NCBI GenBank assembly: GCA_051294905.1
Contig: CM119384.1
Location: forward strand, 9,300,001 to 9,364,000
DNA: 64,000 bases
From: Botryllus schlosseri
Lineage: Eukaryota
Reading direction: 5' to 3'
Of this stretch, positions 24,801 to 37,659 are shown in pieces. The position numbers were made by a program, and so were the translations under genes. The notes below the pieces were generated by a model. It ran no database searches, was not told the origin of the DNA, and saw only the letters and a list, made by a program, of their open reading frames with translations. Position 1 is the stretch's first letter; every line of letters starts with the position of its first letter.

Positions 24801-27240
24801 ATGATAATGAATAGAGGGACATACATTTTATATAATAAAATTTTCATGCTTATAGTCTGGTCGCAGTTCACCATGCTCTCAGATCTGGTACTGTGCGGTT
24901 CAGATTTATCTGACGCCGCGTAACGCCAACGATTTATTTCTCAGGCGCCCCGACGATATCGGTTCGTGAAACTACAGCAATTATCTCTTGGGAAAGCGTC
25001 GGCACTGTAAAGGGCGATCGCGTTTCGTACGCTCTCAATATCAAATCTTCCGACTCTGCCGATGTGCGACAGGTAATTTGACATAATTTGCATATATTGG
25101 TTGACATCAGGATGTTTGTTTTTGAATAATACCAATTCGTTGCTTGCTCTATAATACGGATTTGCCTCTGGCATCTCTGTAACAATATTTATATTCATAA
25201 GTCAAGCTTTTTTGTTCAACGTGTACTAGATACATCAACGATAATGTAGTCGGCTTCGGTATCGAGGTGAAGCAATAACACCATAAATTTCTACTTCAAT
25301 TACATCTAGAAGTAACGATTCCCAAGACATGTGAGAAGTATTTGAAGGGAAAGTATAACATGGAAGGGCTGGAAGGTTCTCAAATAAGTGACTGTTTCAA
25401 AAAGTAGATTCGATTGAGAGGACGCAAACTTTTAGTAGTTTGTTTTGCGATATTCATTGTATTTGTCGACCGCTAGGGTCATTTACACCAGGTCGATTTT
25501 CATCATTTTCATTCCGTAGCTGCCGACTTGTGACACGGTCTACTTCTAGGCTTTTATAAGACACCCCTTAAACGGATGAGATGGCGAGGAGGAGCCTAAA
25601 TAAACCGCCAACACTTGGGTGGGATTTCTGAAGTCGACGTCGGTAGTAGTTGATCGGAAGTGTCTTTTTTCAAAATATATGCAGTTACCGTGACGCTGGG
25701 ACTGTTCCGTCCAGTTTTTATAACGCTTTCGCTGATACAAGTGATCCAAACAAATCCCGAAACTATTTACCAATTTCCATGATCTGAATTGAAGAAACCA
25801 AGTAGCTTTGCCTAAAAACTTGATTAGAATAGGAAGTAGTTTTAAAACGTAACCACTTGGGCAATCAGTGCGAGTATGAAACACTCGCTCGAATAATAAT
25901 TACTCTGAAAAAAGTAGAAATACTTCGTTATTGCCCACCTCTATTTCAAGACCAGTCAAGTCAGAGATCTGTGTTCATTTTCGAGCGGGATCATTTTCAG
26001 TTGTTGCCTTGACAGGCGGTGACGGACGAGACCGATTACTTGATTCGGGACATGGAGCCTGGCGTGGAGTACGCCGTACAAATTGCTATCGTCCGCCATG
26101 CCAGAGTGACGAGCGGAAAAGGTTCCGACAAAGCACGGTCGGATTTGACGCAGGTTTGCGATACGCATCGGTGCCGATGTCGAAAACTTTTTATCTCTGC
26201 CTGTTCAGGAATTCGTTGCAAGCCACTTCCGTTGGGTGACAAGTATTTTCGAGTCGTTCCAATCTTCGGCGCGAGTCAAGTCGAGCCATTTCAAAATTTG
26301 TCACGTAACTTAGGCGGTCGGTCAGGTCATGCAAATTATTTAAGCGACTCGAGTCCCGTTAGGTCATCTCAGATTTTTGGTTTCGAGTCAATTTCAAGTC
26401 GTCAAATATTTTCAGTTTGTGTCTTGACTTTAGTGGTGGATCCATTTCTATACTTTAGCTCTCACAATTAACTGAATATATTTAAATAGGGATGTAATGA
26501 CATTATAATGCATGCTGAAGCTTTTTTGTCTTTGGTTTTGCTGCTGATGGAACAAATCTTAAATGAAATTCGGTAATTAAGCACTGGTATCCAATTACTG
26601 TCCAAAGTACACTATTTGATGACTTCTCACCGAGTTATTCTGTAATCTTTCCATGTCTAGTCAGAGACTTGTCAAGTCAAGACGGAACACAGTAAAGAAA
26701 GCATTAGTATTCCAAGTTTTTGCAAAGTAGACTATTCGAAGTCCCCGAGTCATTCCTATTTTTTCTTCACACGTCGAGTTGACTCGAGTTATTTTAGGGC
26801 TGTGATTCGAATCGAGTCATTCCAACACTATTCTGATATGTACAAAGTTTTTAAGAAAATGCGCAGTGCCCATGTGATATCTGCATCATGTAATTATCTT
26901 TGCAATGTTTTTGCGTGCACAGGCTGACGAACCGGATCAGGAGACGGAGAACGAATCCGCGACATCCCAGGAACAGCCGATTCGAGACAGTGTCACGGAA
27001 GTTTACGAAGACGTGACGGGTCCCTTCGGCGCCTGGACCAATTTCAAATCCGCTGTCCCCGAGATGACTGCGTCCATGCCGCGACGTGACGCCGAAGCGC
27101 CTCCAGGCAAAGTGTCTGCGGTTTGCGACCAAGTGAAAGCGATCATCCGTGACGAAAGGATGACGCCGGCGTTTTTGATGATGAGTTTCTTTGTTCTTGC
27201 CTTTATTTCCGCGTATCTCGTGCAATCCCTCGTCGATTGA
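6824..27240 (+). CDS. FNDC3: Fibronectin type III domain-containing protein 3 (FNDC3A/B co-ortholog), about 1270 aa: Pro-rich N-terminus, 9 FN3 repeats, C-terminal TM anchor
   Basis: Phase-consistent exons: 6824-6958 (least certain), 9569-9644 (MILVQVNRGETFTIQ), 10843-11081 (GPAQVPMVSPNGSIPPI), 11381-11495, 12072-12356, 13257-13306, 13762-13904, 13978-14037, 14173-14311, 15104-15282, 17626-17881, 18280-18418, 19543-19833, 20306-20478, 21049-21162, 22423-22572, 22630-22961, 23631-23816, 24488-24654, 24945-25072, 26016-26153, 26923-27240 (total 3813 nt). The protein ends FLMMSFFVLAFISAYLVQSLVD. Confidence 0.93.
8211..8403. repeat. High-copy ~125-bp dispersed repeat, here as an inverted pair forming a hairpin
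   Basis: Unit runs GGAGGTACAGAACTTCAATATACAATTG...GCTGACAC...GTAATCGTCAGCAACTAGTAGAGAATTG. Copies or fragments at 2012-2135, 4203-4246, 8211-8403, 15775-15850, 20227-20266, 21661-21860, 22178-22336 and 63101-63195. Confidence 0.85.
18605..19304. mobile_element. 700-bp hAT MITE in an FNDC3 intron
   Basis: TIR CAGGGCTGGCCAACC/GGTTGGCCGGCCCTG; perfect TSD ATTTATGA; second copy at 36655-38754. Confidence 0.92.
21881..22165. mobile_element. ~285-bp repeat family X, uninterrupted copy
   Basis: Ends resemble CACAGTGTCCTACAATGGTG inverted repeats. Homologous copies at about 30020-30298 plus 31848-31865, and at 32213-32295 plus 35296-35430, are split by insertions. Confidence 0.75.
26265..26830. mobile_element. 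Degraded AGTCA-array element in the last FNDC3 intron
   Basis: gagtcaagtcgagtc motifs; ends gagtcattccaacacta, similar to the family TIR. Confidence 0.6.
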
Positions 27241-28562
27241 GTTACTGACCGACGGCAAAAACTTTCGTGTACATACGACGGATGTGTTAGCTGCTCGCTT
27301 TTATCGTCTAAATATCATGCCTCGTATCGGCGTTTCGCATCGGACTCTTCATATTTTTGTAAAAATACTACAATGTAGGCGTACTGCCCGAATATTTATC
27401 TCGAAATCCCGACATCCTGCCTATTTCGCGCTATGCGCCTGTTTTGGCTGACGGGCGGGTGTTATCTTGGTGCTAACTCGCGTCGTGTTCTTATCTTTCT
27501 GTATTTGTGCTGTATTCGTCGTGCTTTCACTCTTTGTTTGTCCCATGCTTGATGGGACTCGTGTGCGAATATATCAGAGTACGTATTACTGCTAACTAAA
27601 ATATTTTATGTATAAAGAGAATAGTGAATCGTGTTTACGTTTCGGTCGTACGCCGGCAAGCAATTTTAAGCTTCAGAGCTTCCCTTCATAATAACATTTT
27701 GGCATTCAAAATTTCAAAGTGACGTGCTCGCATTTTTCGTACTATAAGTCCGTTTGACCAGACTATCGTTCGACCCACTGTAAGGACGATATAATCAATT
27801 GGTGGAAACAAAATTTTTAGTGACCAAGCGGGAAAATTTAGCGCTGCATCTAAATTTTGGCATCGATTTGTAGACCAGTGGACCCCGCATTTGCAATCAA
27901 TCAATTTCTGGCAATTGCAACATGGTGCGGTGTCTTTGGTTCGTTATAATATATAGTCGCGTTTGCCATTCATGCCTTCCTTACTGCCCTGCGTGTGACA
28001 AACGCGGTCGAATTTCTTTTCACAAGTTGTTTTATGTATCCCGCAACAGTATATATGATTAATATTTTGCTTTGTAAAAAGATGTTTATGGACCAAGTGG
28101 TAATGCTGACGCGGTGTGATTTTGTCTTTGGTAATGGGTAGGGGTGTTGACGCGGTTGGGATCCAGCTTCCTTATTAAGAGTGGTTTGAAAATTAGGATC
28201 TTCTCGCAAACCGAACATGATGAATTTGTAAAATTTGAAATGTGCCAAGATCGGAAAGCGATTGTCAGGTCGTTAACAGTTTCCGCTTACTGGCATCGCA
28301 AAGGGTTCCATGCAGTTATGAGAACGGCGTAAGTTGAGAAAGTTCAGTTATTGGAGAGGAGCAACGTTGCCGTTTACAATTAACACGCCCACGTTGTGCG
28401 TCGTGTTCTAATTTAAGAGTCCTTGCACGACTGCACCGAGATTACATTTCGAAAGTTTCGATCACTTTCAAAATTATCGTACTCCCAACTATATAGCCTG
28501 AGAGAGAGGCGATATTAATTTTCGCCTGCACCATCGAGATGTGATACGACCGAAAGGTGACC

Positions 28563-28740
28563 TAGTCTGTACTCTGTACCCCATTTTTTCTCCATGCTAT
28601 CCATGGATGCTGAGCGCCTAGCAGAATAGCCGCGGATACCAGTTTTTTAGTCTTTTCTCTGACCCGGCCGGGGATGGAACCCATGACTTACCAATAAGGA
28701 TGGTGGGTGCATCATCATTACACTATCTCGCTCGGCCGGC
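28563..28740 (-). mobile_element. tRNA-derived SINE family 1 (Meta-like core)
   Basis: Reverse strand reads GCCGAGCGAGATAGTGTAATG (A box), GGTTCCATCCC (B-box variant), then AAAACTGGTATCCGCGGCTATTCTGCTAGGCGCTCAGCA. Homologous to the copy starting at 43173. Confidence 0.8.
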
Positions 28741-28787
28741 CTGCCTGGGCCTCTTCAGGCCCGTCTGTTGATTCAATCACTTACAAC

Positions 28788-28973
28788 CAATGTTCCCTCA
28801 AAGCTGCGCAAATGCGCAGTGCTGACACGGTCTCTGCGCAAAGAAAATCTAAGCTGCGCACAAAAAATCCGGAGTGATGGCCTTTTTTTTTGTCGTCACG
28901 CACTGTTGTCCAAGGGTCTGCGCAGTTAGTTGCTGAGTGTGCGCAGACTCGTCAAAAATTAGAGGGAACATTG
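28788..28973. mobile_element. 186-bp hAT MITE with GCGCA motifs
   Basis: TIR CAATGTTCCCTC/GAGGGAACATTG; TSD CTTACAAC/CTCACAAC (7/8). Confidence 0.85.
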
Positions 28974-30298
28974 CTCACAACCTACTTCAGTCTTCCGGAG
29001 AAATGGAAAGTTATCTACGACATTTGGTAAAAACGGTCGAGCCGTCGCCTGGTAAGAATATGTTGAGCTTGGTAAGGGGCGATGGGTCTAAAAGTTTTAG
29101 AACCACTGGTCTGGATGTTGAGACTGCCTATATAGCTTCCGCGAGGACTGACAGCGCAGCCGAACGTGCTGAGTTAGATATCGACCCTGGCGCCCGGAGT
29201 AGGCCTATATATGAAAAATGACCGATAAATAGTGCGAATACACAAGGCTCAACGTCGCGCGCTCCTGACCAATGTTGTAAATAGCCAAAGACTGCTTGCC
29301 TGGAAGGTGTGAAAGAGCAGGTGATGTGGCCAAATAGCCGAAGAAATTTGGTCTCGAAGTTCAACGCGGCGTATATTATGTTTATTTGTGGAAGTATTTG
29401 TTCAGTATTCAATAATAATCTCGGTGTGCTGAAGATGCAGAAGTGCCTCGTTCCTCACTATTACAACAACAACAATACAATATCCTTGAAACAGTGACGT
29501 GCGGCAGGGGAGGCAAGTGAGGCGTGCCTCGCCTGTCGTCGTGATGAGTGAAAGAAAATTGTGAAACCTACAATGAATATAACACGAATAATTATGGGTA
29601 TTTTCCATCGATGTTCACGGATGATTAAACATTTTCATACCCAAAATCATGGATTTGCATATTTATTGTTCAGAAATATAGCGCGAAAGGAAAACTGAGG
29701 CACAGGTGAAGTACAGACAGGTCAAGCCTCACCTGTGATAGCGCAATTCATCATAAACAGCTGGGAATCTGTAACAACTGGTATTAATCGAATGCCATTG
29801 TCTCACTGATTCCGAATATATATAATGTCAGAGCACCAGAATTTGAAATTCATCGTCTCTGTTACGTACAATGACAGCTCAGGAGCAATGCGCCGCAGCG
29901 GCGCAGCGCAGCGAGAGTGAGAGTGTGAATGCTCATGCTCATGCTCATTGCTCAATCGCTTGCGAAACAAGGACCAATACGCTCGCGGTTTGCGCTGCTC
30001 TTATTACTCGCTGCTGATCTGTACGTGGCATTATTTTTCATACGGTGTCACAATACTCCGTTACAATGCAAATTCTAAGCCGATTTTCGGGGGTTCTAGG
30101 ACCACGAGCAGAATAAATTGTCTATTTTCGTAATCAGTACCGCGGTGGCTTTCGATTGATACCAATTTTATCCAATTTCGCGCTTGGAAGCCAGTCTTAA
30201 TTTAATAGTGACGTAAATTGCCTCTGGTCAAATGTGAAAGAATGACGTAACCCAACCGCAGTAAGCAGCGAGATTTGCTTGTACCACGCCGCTGTAGG

Positions 30299-31847
30299 CA
30301 GGGTTGTCAGATTGGCCCTATCGGGGCCAAATTTCACACATTTGACCCTTTTAGAGGGTCCGTGGACATATGAGCATGCGACACTTCGGCATGCGACAAT
30401 TTGGCATGCGACACATGAGCATGCGGGTTAAATTACGGGTTAGGGGTAGTTAGGGTTGGATTTATGGTTGGGTTAGGATAGGATATATGTAAGGGTTAGT
30501 TTCGGGGCTTTGTTTCGGGTTAGGGTAAGTTTTGGGGTTATATAGTCACATGCTGAAGTGACGCATGCTGATGTATTGCATGCTGAACTGTCGTTTTTCA
30601 TTGTGTCGCTATCTTGTGGCGAAAAATCCAAAAAATTAGGCATATAAGTCATTATTAAAATTTCCATAACTCTCATATTATAACAAAGTTTTATTTTACA
30701 ATTTTATATTCAGCTGTAAAATGCTTGAGCATAGTGCAGTGTTGGGATCAAGTCACTACCTTCGAGTCACGAGTCATTTCGAGTCATTGCACATTTTGAC
30801 TCGAGTCCAGTCAAGTCAAGTCAATCGGTTTTCGAAGGTGACTCGAGTCAAGTCAAGTCACTCGATTTTTGGAGGTGACTCGAGTCAAGTCGAGTCAAGT
30901 CAGGTCAAGTCAGGTCAAGTCACGAGTCAAGTCAAAATTCAAGTCAAGTTGCCTTTTCGAAGTATGAGTCATGATTAGGCTACGTCATTACATTTTGCTA
31001 GCTGTCTGAAATACAGATTGAGTGGTCATTGATTTTGGACCGATGAACGAATGTAGAGTTGAATATACTCGCAAAGGCGTTGTATCGCTCACATATACGT
31101 TACCTCAGTTTATAGTTACCAACTAAAATAGGGAATAGAGAAACGAATTGATAAGATGCAATACACTACCCTTTACCCATTTACATATTGATATGTAATA
31201 CTATCAACAGTTGTAGTGGATCTGGTATCCAACAGTATCAACAAATATAAATCTGTAATTCCCGGTGATTGACAAAAGGTCTATGGGTAGTATTGCAACG
31301 TTATTGACGTTGCTAACATTAGTAAAGTATGTAGCCTATTACTAACAACGTTATTTACGATATTTTGGCTTACCATATGTTGGAAATCTAAAAAGAGGAC
31401 ACTTTTTCAAAATTTTCAGACCTGCAATACCGGAGGAAAATCCTGAAAAATGGTAAATTTTTCCCACCTCGTGGTCGGTTTACTAAAGAAAATCAACTTA
31501 ATACCGGCTCAAAACCCAAATTACAGTTTTTCTTTCACGTTGGTTGACTAAAAAAATGGCCAGCTCTTCGGCTCAGCTCCCGAAATAGCCGCCGGAGCGT
31601 TACTTCAGTGATGATTAACTGTATCTCAGTCGAATTTTGCCCTGTATTTAGTCAAAATTCTCAAAAAAGAGGACAAAATCTCTGAAAAGAGGACATTTGG
31701 GCGTCCTCCGAGGACCTTTCAAAAAAGTCAAAAAAGAGGACAAATCCTTTTAAAAGAGGACATATGGCAACCCTAACGTTATTGAACTTTTGGCCCTTTT
31801 TTCGACACTGTTTGGCCCCTTTTCTCAAAAGCTGTCTGACAGCCCTG
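30299..31847. mobile_element. hAT MITE inserted in a family X copy and itself carrying nested repeats
   Basis: TIR CAGGGTTGTCAGA/TCTGACAGCCCTG; TSD GCTGTAGG/ACTGTAGG; the empty site is visible in the X copy at 22150-22165. It contains degenerate TTAGGG-like repeats (30430-30540), a truncated AGTCA element (30737 to about 31090) and an AAAGAGGACA-array element ending GGCAACCCTA at 31775. Confidence 0.85.
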
Positions 31848-32569
31848 ACTGTAGGACGCTATGTTGCGACAGTCAACATGTACTGCAGAGCAAATAGATG
31901 CCAATTGCCCATACTGATGTTGCTTTTATGTATTTTCCATCCATACCTATCTTCATTGTGGATATATGTATATTGTATACTTGTATAGATAGCAAGTATA
32001 GGCTAATTCAAACGTTATAGCCTCCGTGTGAAGTAAAGAGTGCTAATGTGATAAGAAACAAGTCGCCAACTGACTCAGCTACTATTTTGGGTTCATGTAT
32101 TCTATTTGTACATTTGACTCTAAACTAGGGGTCAGTGCCTCACTGACAATGAGCCCCAAACTGGGGTCGCCCCCCGTGGCGGGCGTGAAAGCATCTGAGT
32201 CGAGCGTGAAACCATAGTGTCCTATATGGTGTGGACACAAGAAAATCTCACGGCTCAGTGAAATTGGTACACGTCACACTTCCATTTGGCTAAAGCAGCG
32301 ATTCCCAACCGCGGCCCTGAGGGCCGCATGCGGCCCCCAGCTAGCCTTCATGCGGCCCCCACAAAAATATTGAGAAATCGATTTATGAAAAAAAATTACA
32401 TTTATAAAATACTTTTGCTTGGCTTGGAGTCCGGAGTTTTCAATAAGGATTGCAGGAAAGTTGTGAGTAGACTGCTAAGATTACGTCACTGCTGTTTCAA
32501 TGCAATGTGCCCTAACTTTCCAGTTGAACGGGCAGTACCTATAGATATAGATTAAGATATAGGTATTGA

Positions 32570-34856
32570 CAGGACCGTAACTGCCGCACCCCTAGCCCCC
32601 CAATTGGGGGGAGCGAGCTCGAAGGGGGCCCAAAACTATTTAGTGAATTAGCATAAATTATAGAGTATTTTATAAAATTTTATGCAACTTTTTCAAAGAT
32701 TTTTCGCGCTGCGCGCGATTTCAAGTTTCCAAGTACCTTAATTATTGGGTACTCTTCGACCAAGATAAAATACGCAAGATTTATAGAAGTGGGCATATCG
32801 GCGTTAGCCATTACCGCGCCACGACGCACGAAGACATATACAGTTTTAGGCCATGTAACATGCGACTCCAAGAAGTGTGCCAGAACGATCGACAGCGAGA
32901 AAACCTTGGCCGAAAAAGACTGCCCTTACGCTGACCGAACACTTCGTTATGTATATTCAAAATACATATAGGTATAATTGACCATAGGCGCCTAAATGAC
33001 TGATGCCGAATGTTCCTGTCTTGGCAATCTGAACGTCACGAGACAAATAGGCTACCATCCCGCAGGGAGGAATTATATGCCAGTGAAGAACTACCAATTT
33101 GAAATCGTGTGCATCTTTTAGTTTAGTACGTAGCGATGGTGTGAATGTGAGGTTCACGTTCGCGTTCTGTGTGTGAACTTCGGAAATTTTGAGGTTCGCG
33201 TTCACAACAGAACCTTGGTATAGGTTCTGCACTGTGAACCTTTTTCATATATATTACAATTTTCACTTCATTATAACTTATTTGGTTCACATTTATTGCA
33301 TTTAAACTGCGAACCGCTCTATGCATGGCACTGGCAGCATAAACGATCAACACCTTGACAATTTCAAAAATTTTACTTACTTTCTAACAAAAGTTTGCTC
33401 GAAATATCCAGCTTTCCGTTTGTGAATATTTAGTGACTCTCTGCTGTGAGCTTGACCGGCAATCACACAATATCAAGAGCGAAATACACTACATGTAGAT
33501 AGCGAATGATGCTTATTCAATCGATATCGTTTTCTGATGTAAAAATCTAGTATCGTACGGGGTCAATCTTGTCTTCGCATGTTTGCTGTATCATAAAAAC
33601 CAAATCCGTGCGATTAGGGTGTTGGCAATTGTTGTATAACTTGTTAATGGAGTAATAACGGTAGCAAGTATAGAAACCCGTTTTACACTCTGCGCAATAT
33701 CCATGTAGCAATACTCAGACGCCGAATACATTTTCGGGTCTGGCCTGGACCGTTAAGGCGTAAGCTTATATTGCCTGGCAAGTCCTCGTCGAAATTGTTG
33801 GCGAAGCGACGAAAAATATTGATTTATTGGATTATTATATCATTTCATTGCCTCAGTTTATACATTTAGCGACGTTTAAAACATCAATATGTACTTCAGC
33901 ATTGTGCCATTATGTGGCCCGAGTCGTCGCTGCGTATCGTGTACATTAATATAAGCTATGACTTCATTGAAATCTAGGGTTGGAATTAGCAATATGACGT
34001 CACGTGACGTCATGAGGTTCACGTTCGCGTTCACACAGAACCTTTCAATAAGGTTCGCGTTCACAACACACGAACCTGAACCTTTCAGAGGCTCACACCA
34101 TCCCTATTAGTACTTTTGGGCGATTCTATATTTTTTGATATAGCAGACTGGAGGTCACGAAATAACAAATAACATCATGTACCGAAGTCGTACCAACGGG
34201 TCCGCCCGTCCGAATATGTTTCATTATTATTAACGGGCCCTACAGTTTCCAAGACACCTCACTCAGCTCTACCGGTAAGAGGACAAGTAATTGATAGCAA
34301 TATATATGCAATTCCCGATCTTATTGACCTATTTTATTTTGAATTATCGAAAATTTTCGCGCTACACGCTGGGTCACTAAACGGGGATCCTGATTTCGTG
34401 GCAGAAGCGAACAACGGCACGGGGGTCTGTTTATCACCCTATGGGAGCTCAAGACCTAAGTATTTTGGGGGCCTGACGAAGTGCTGTCTTCCTGCCAACG
34501 GGTATACGCCCGAAAATGTTTAATTATTATTGAGTGGTCCTACCTTTTCAAACACAACTCACTCGGCTCAACCGGTCAATCTGATTACGTGTGCAGAGAG
34601 AGGATAAAAATTGATACCAATATATATGCAACTCCCGATTATATTGACCGATTCAATCATGAATTATAGAAATGTTTGTCGAGATTTGTCGAGAGAATCT
34701 GCCTAAAACGGACACCCGATTTAGACGATAAATAGCGGTAAACAGCCATATAGCCTGAGGGGGTCTGGGGGCTTCGAAGTTCGGTTTATCACCCTATGGG
34801 GGGCCCAAGAGAAACTTTTTTTTGGGGGGGGCTGACGAAGTGCTGTTACGGCCCTG
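32570..34856 (+). mobile_element. Non-autonomous hAT element (nest level 3)
   Basis: TIR CAGGACCGTAAC/GTTACGGCCCTG; perfect TSD GGTATTGA. The right subterminal part is internally duplicated. A shorter copy lies at 49624-50619. Confidence 0.92.
33131..34106. mobile_element. TAG-terminal hAT MITE (nest level 4)
   Basis: TIR TAGCGATGGTGTGA/TCACACCATCCCTA; TSD TTAGTACG/TTAGTACT; GGTTCACGTTCGCG motifs; absent from the 49624-50619 copy of its host. Confidence 0.87.
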
Positions 34857-35429
34857 GGTATTGATAACTAATTTACGGATAGATGTGCATTGTGCAACAA
34901 GTGACTCACGATTGAATACGCCGAGATGCATACTGCTTAGCCGGCAAAAAGCAGCATAATTGGTGGTCCTATAGCTCGCGACCCAAGCGTCCGAATAATT
35001 TGATATGTCGGGGTTTATCGAAAGCAAGTGTCGCACTGATTCCAAAAATACGAATTGAAATCTCGCCACGGCAATAAAACTACTCCGAAATGGCCAGCAA
35101 AGGTTGATTGTTCTGAACAACGGGAGCGCGGCAACCAATGGCCAATGGCGTCAAGCGAATGATCGGAACAATGCAAATTTTCATATTTTGGTGACTATTT
35201 GGGGTTCCTTTCATTGCCCTGGTATTCGTGCGGCCCCAGCCGCACTCTGAAATTCTAAATTTGGCCCTGCCACCGAGAAAGGTTGGGAACCACTGGGCTA
35301 AAGGCAATTTGTCGGTAATTTTTTACCGGCTTGCCGAGCGCGAAATTTGATAAAACGGGTATAAATCGAAAGCTACCGCGGTACCGATTGCGAAAATATA
35401 AATTTTACTCTGCTCGTGGCCCTGGAGTA

Positions 35430-36053
35430 ATTATTTATTCAGTTCTTTTGTCTGGAGAACATACATGTTAATATATAAAAATATGTGTAGTGATGTCTCT
35501 ATTTTCCGAAAATAAAAGCACACTTCATGGCATTTATACGATCAGCCATATTTTTATTAACGTTTACTAATCGCGCAAAGTGTTAACACCGTATATCCGA
35601 CATCCCTTGTCCGTGTTGCTCTTCGATCAAACTACTGGTCATATAATATGGGGAAGGGCGCCATACCATGATATTTTCTAAATTGGGGTGTTCGAGTAAA
35701 CAGAGGATTAGTATCGCATTCCCACATCAACGCTATCATTTTCATCCCATGATGCGGACGAAAATGCATTGCTGTCGAAAATTTTACACCTCCTGGGATG
35801 CATCAATATGAATCAAGTTCCGCACCTTTCGCATAGCTCAATTTGCAGCTTTTGCCCGTCTATGTGAACGAATTACGATCGTTTTCACAATACTTACTTA
35901 CTTGAGTAGATTTAAAGTCAGTCAATTCTACTTTAATTCAAGTAGTTTTAGGCTGCTTTTAAAAAGACTACTTCTACTCGTTCTTGAGTATTTTTTGCGT
36001 CGCTACTTCTAGTTCTACTCGAGTAGCTTTCTTGACTACTTTGACCACCTCTG
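35430..36053 (-). mobile_element. Truncated copy of the CAGAGGTGGT element (AAGTAG arrays)
   Basis: Ends TGACCACCTCTG and matches about 57377-58160 in reverse, without the 57487-57650 insert. Confidence 0.8.
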
Positions 36054-37226
36054 CTTATGAAACTGCTGAGGATTCAAATCGAAGTGGCTTAATGTCGAAG
36101 TACCCATTCCGAGTATACTCAATTAGGACAAATTTTGTAAAATGCCGCTGGGAGACTAATATTATGGCAGCCCAAAAGTTATTGTTTGTCCAGCCATAAA
36201 GGGCCAAGTTTGAATGGCGTGCAGACCTTGCCATTGGTCTTTGATTTAGCTTAAATGGCTAGTTATACGTTTGAGCTAAGCTCAAGTAAGGGTAATAGAA
36301 GGGATTAGACACCAAAATCGCTTAAGTATTTGTATGCGATACCTGATACCATTATACACGATAATTTATGACAAAATATTCTATGGTGAATATATTTTTG
36401 GCACTCCACGCGATTGGTCTTCTACTCATAGTTATTGCTCTGTGTATAGTCCTAATTTCTTATTTGAGAATTCTCTCAACAGTGACAACCTTCCCTTCCA
36501 GGCCATCAAACTATGCGTTTGGTATGCAAACATCGTGGTTGCTCTTTTCAATATTTTTTTAATATGACAATACTGGAGGGAGGGGGGGGGGCAAAATTTT
36601 CACTGTCATCAAGAAAGGCGTGTCTAAAAATGTTTGAGAACCACTGGTCTAAAGCAGGGGTGGCCAATCTTTTCGGCCACATGGTCACATGCAATTGACG
36701 AAACATTGCGCGGGCCACTAGCTGCGCGAAGCGCGAAAATTAATCAAAGTTTATGGGTCAATAATATTGTTACTTGAGTATATTGCGGGTCTGCTGGTAA
36801 TCGCTCGGCTCAGTTTGCAAGGACAGAACTATTCGGCGCCTGGACATTAGGGTTATGACTAAACAAAAAAATTTGCCTGTAGCAGGAATTGATGAACATT
36901 TTGGTATAAATTAATAAAATTATAATCATTTTGTTCAAATCGAAAAAATGTCCCGCACAAACTAAGTTCAATTTTCGACACTGGTCCAAATTTATAAAAA
37001 TTTTAAAAAATCAAAGATTTCTTTGCTACAAATTTAATCTTCAAATATCTGTCCTATTGCACTTCTTGTAAAGTTCATCCATCAATTTGACTTCCCTTTC
37101 TGTTATTATGTTCGTGCCAGGGACATCTGCGACGGACATATCCGACTTCCAATGGGGTTTTGAGGCACTTTATCGCTGCAGGACATTCGACCGCAAAGAT
37201 AGCAGCAAATAATCTTTGGTGTATTC

Positions 37227-37632
37227 TAGAGCCCGACCGCTATTGGATTTTTGGGTCGATACCGATAAAACCGATATCTCACACCTTGACCGATAACCCT
37301 TATACATTCAGCCGATATTCAGAAGAAGTTGGATGTATACATAAGCACATTTTCAAAGCTTCATGGCATTTATTTGAACATCTTTACAGCCATTGTTATA
37401 CTTGAACATGACATAAACTAGAAAGGCTGCATCTGGACACCTGTAAGGTTCAAGCTATATGAAATATATCAATATTCTCAGTCTAGCGGTCAAAGATTAT
37501 AGCTTTCTGGCTTCCTACCGCCATGTTGTGACGTCACACGTAAATTGCCGATAAATTTTCAGCTCCAATGGCCGATTCCGATAATTCTTTCAAAGTGTTA
37601 TTATCGACGAACCGGTAATCGGTCGGGCTCTA
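37227..37632. mobile_element. TAG-terminal hAT MITE nested in the transposase remnant
   Basis: TIR TAGAGCCCGACCG/CGGTCGGGCTCTA; flanks GTGTATTC/GTATGTTC (6/8); CCGATA motifs. Confidence 0.8.
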
Positions 37633-37659
37633 GTATGTTCCATCTTTAGACATCTGGTT

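Larger units (their letters stand above)
32296..35295. mobile_element. Charlie/Buster-like MITE (nest level 2) inserted in a family X copy
   Basis: Termini CAGCGATTCCCAACC/GGTTGGGAACCACTG; perfect TSD GGCTAAAG. The flanks rejoin to match the reverse complement of 22060-22130. Confidence 0.88.

Noticed and set aside
30430-30540. TTAGGG-like repeats (also 11905-11940) as an interstitial telomere or fusion scar
   Set aside because: They are short, highly degenerate and embedded in transposon nests. Such tracts are common within non-autonomous elements.
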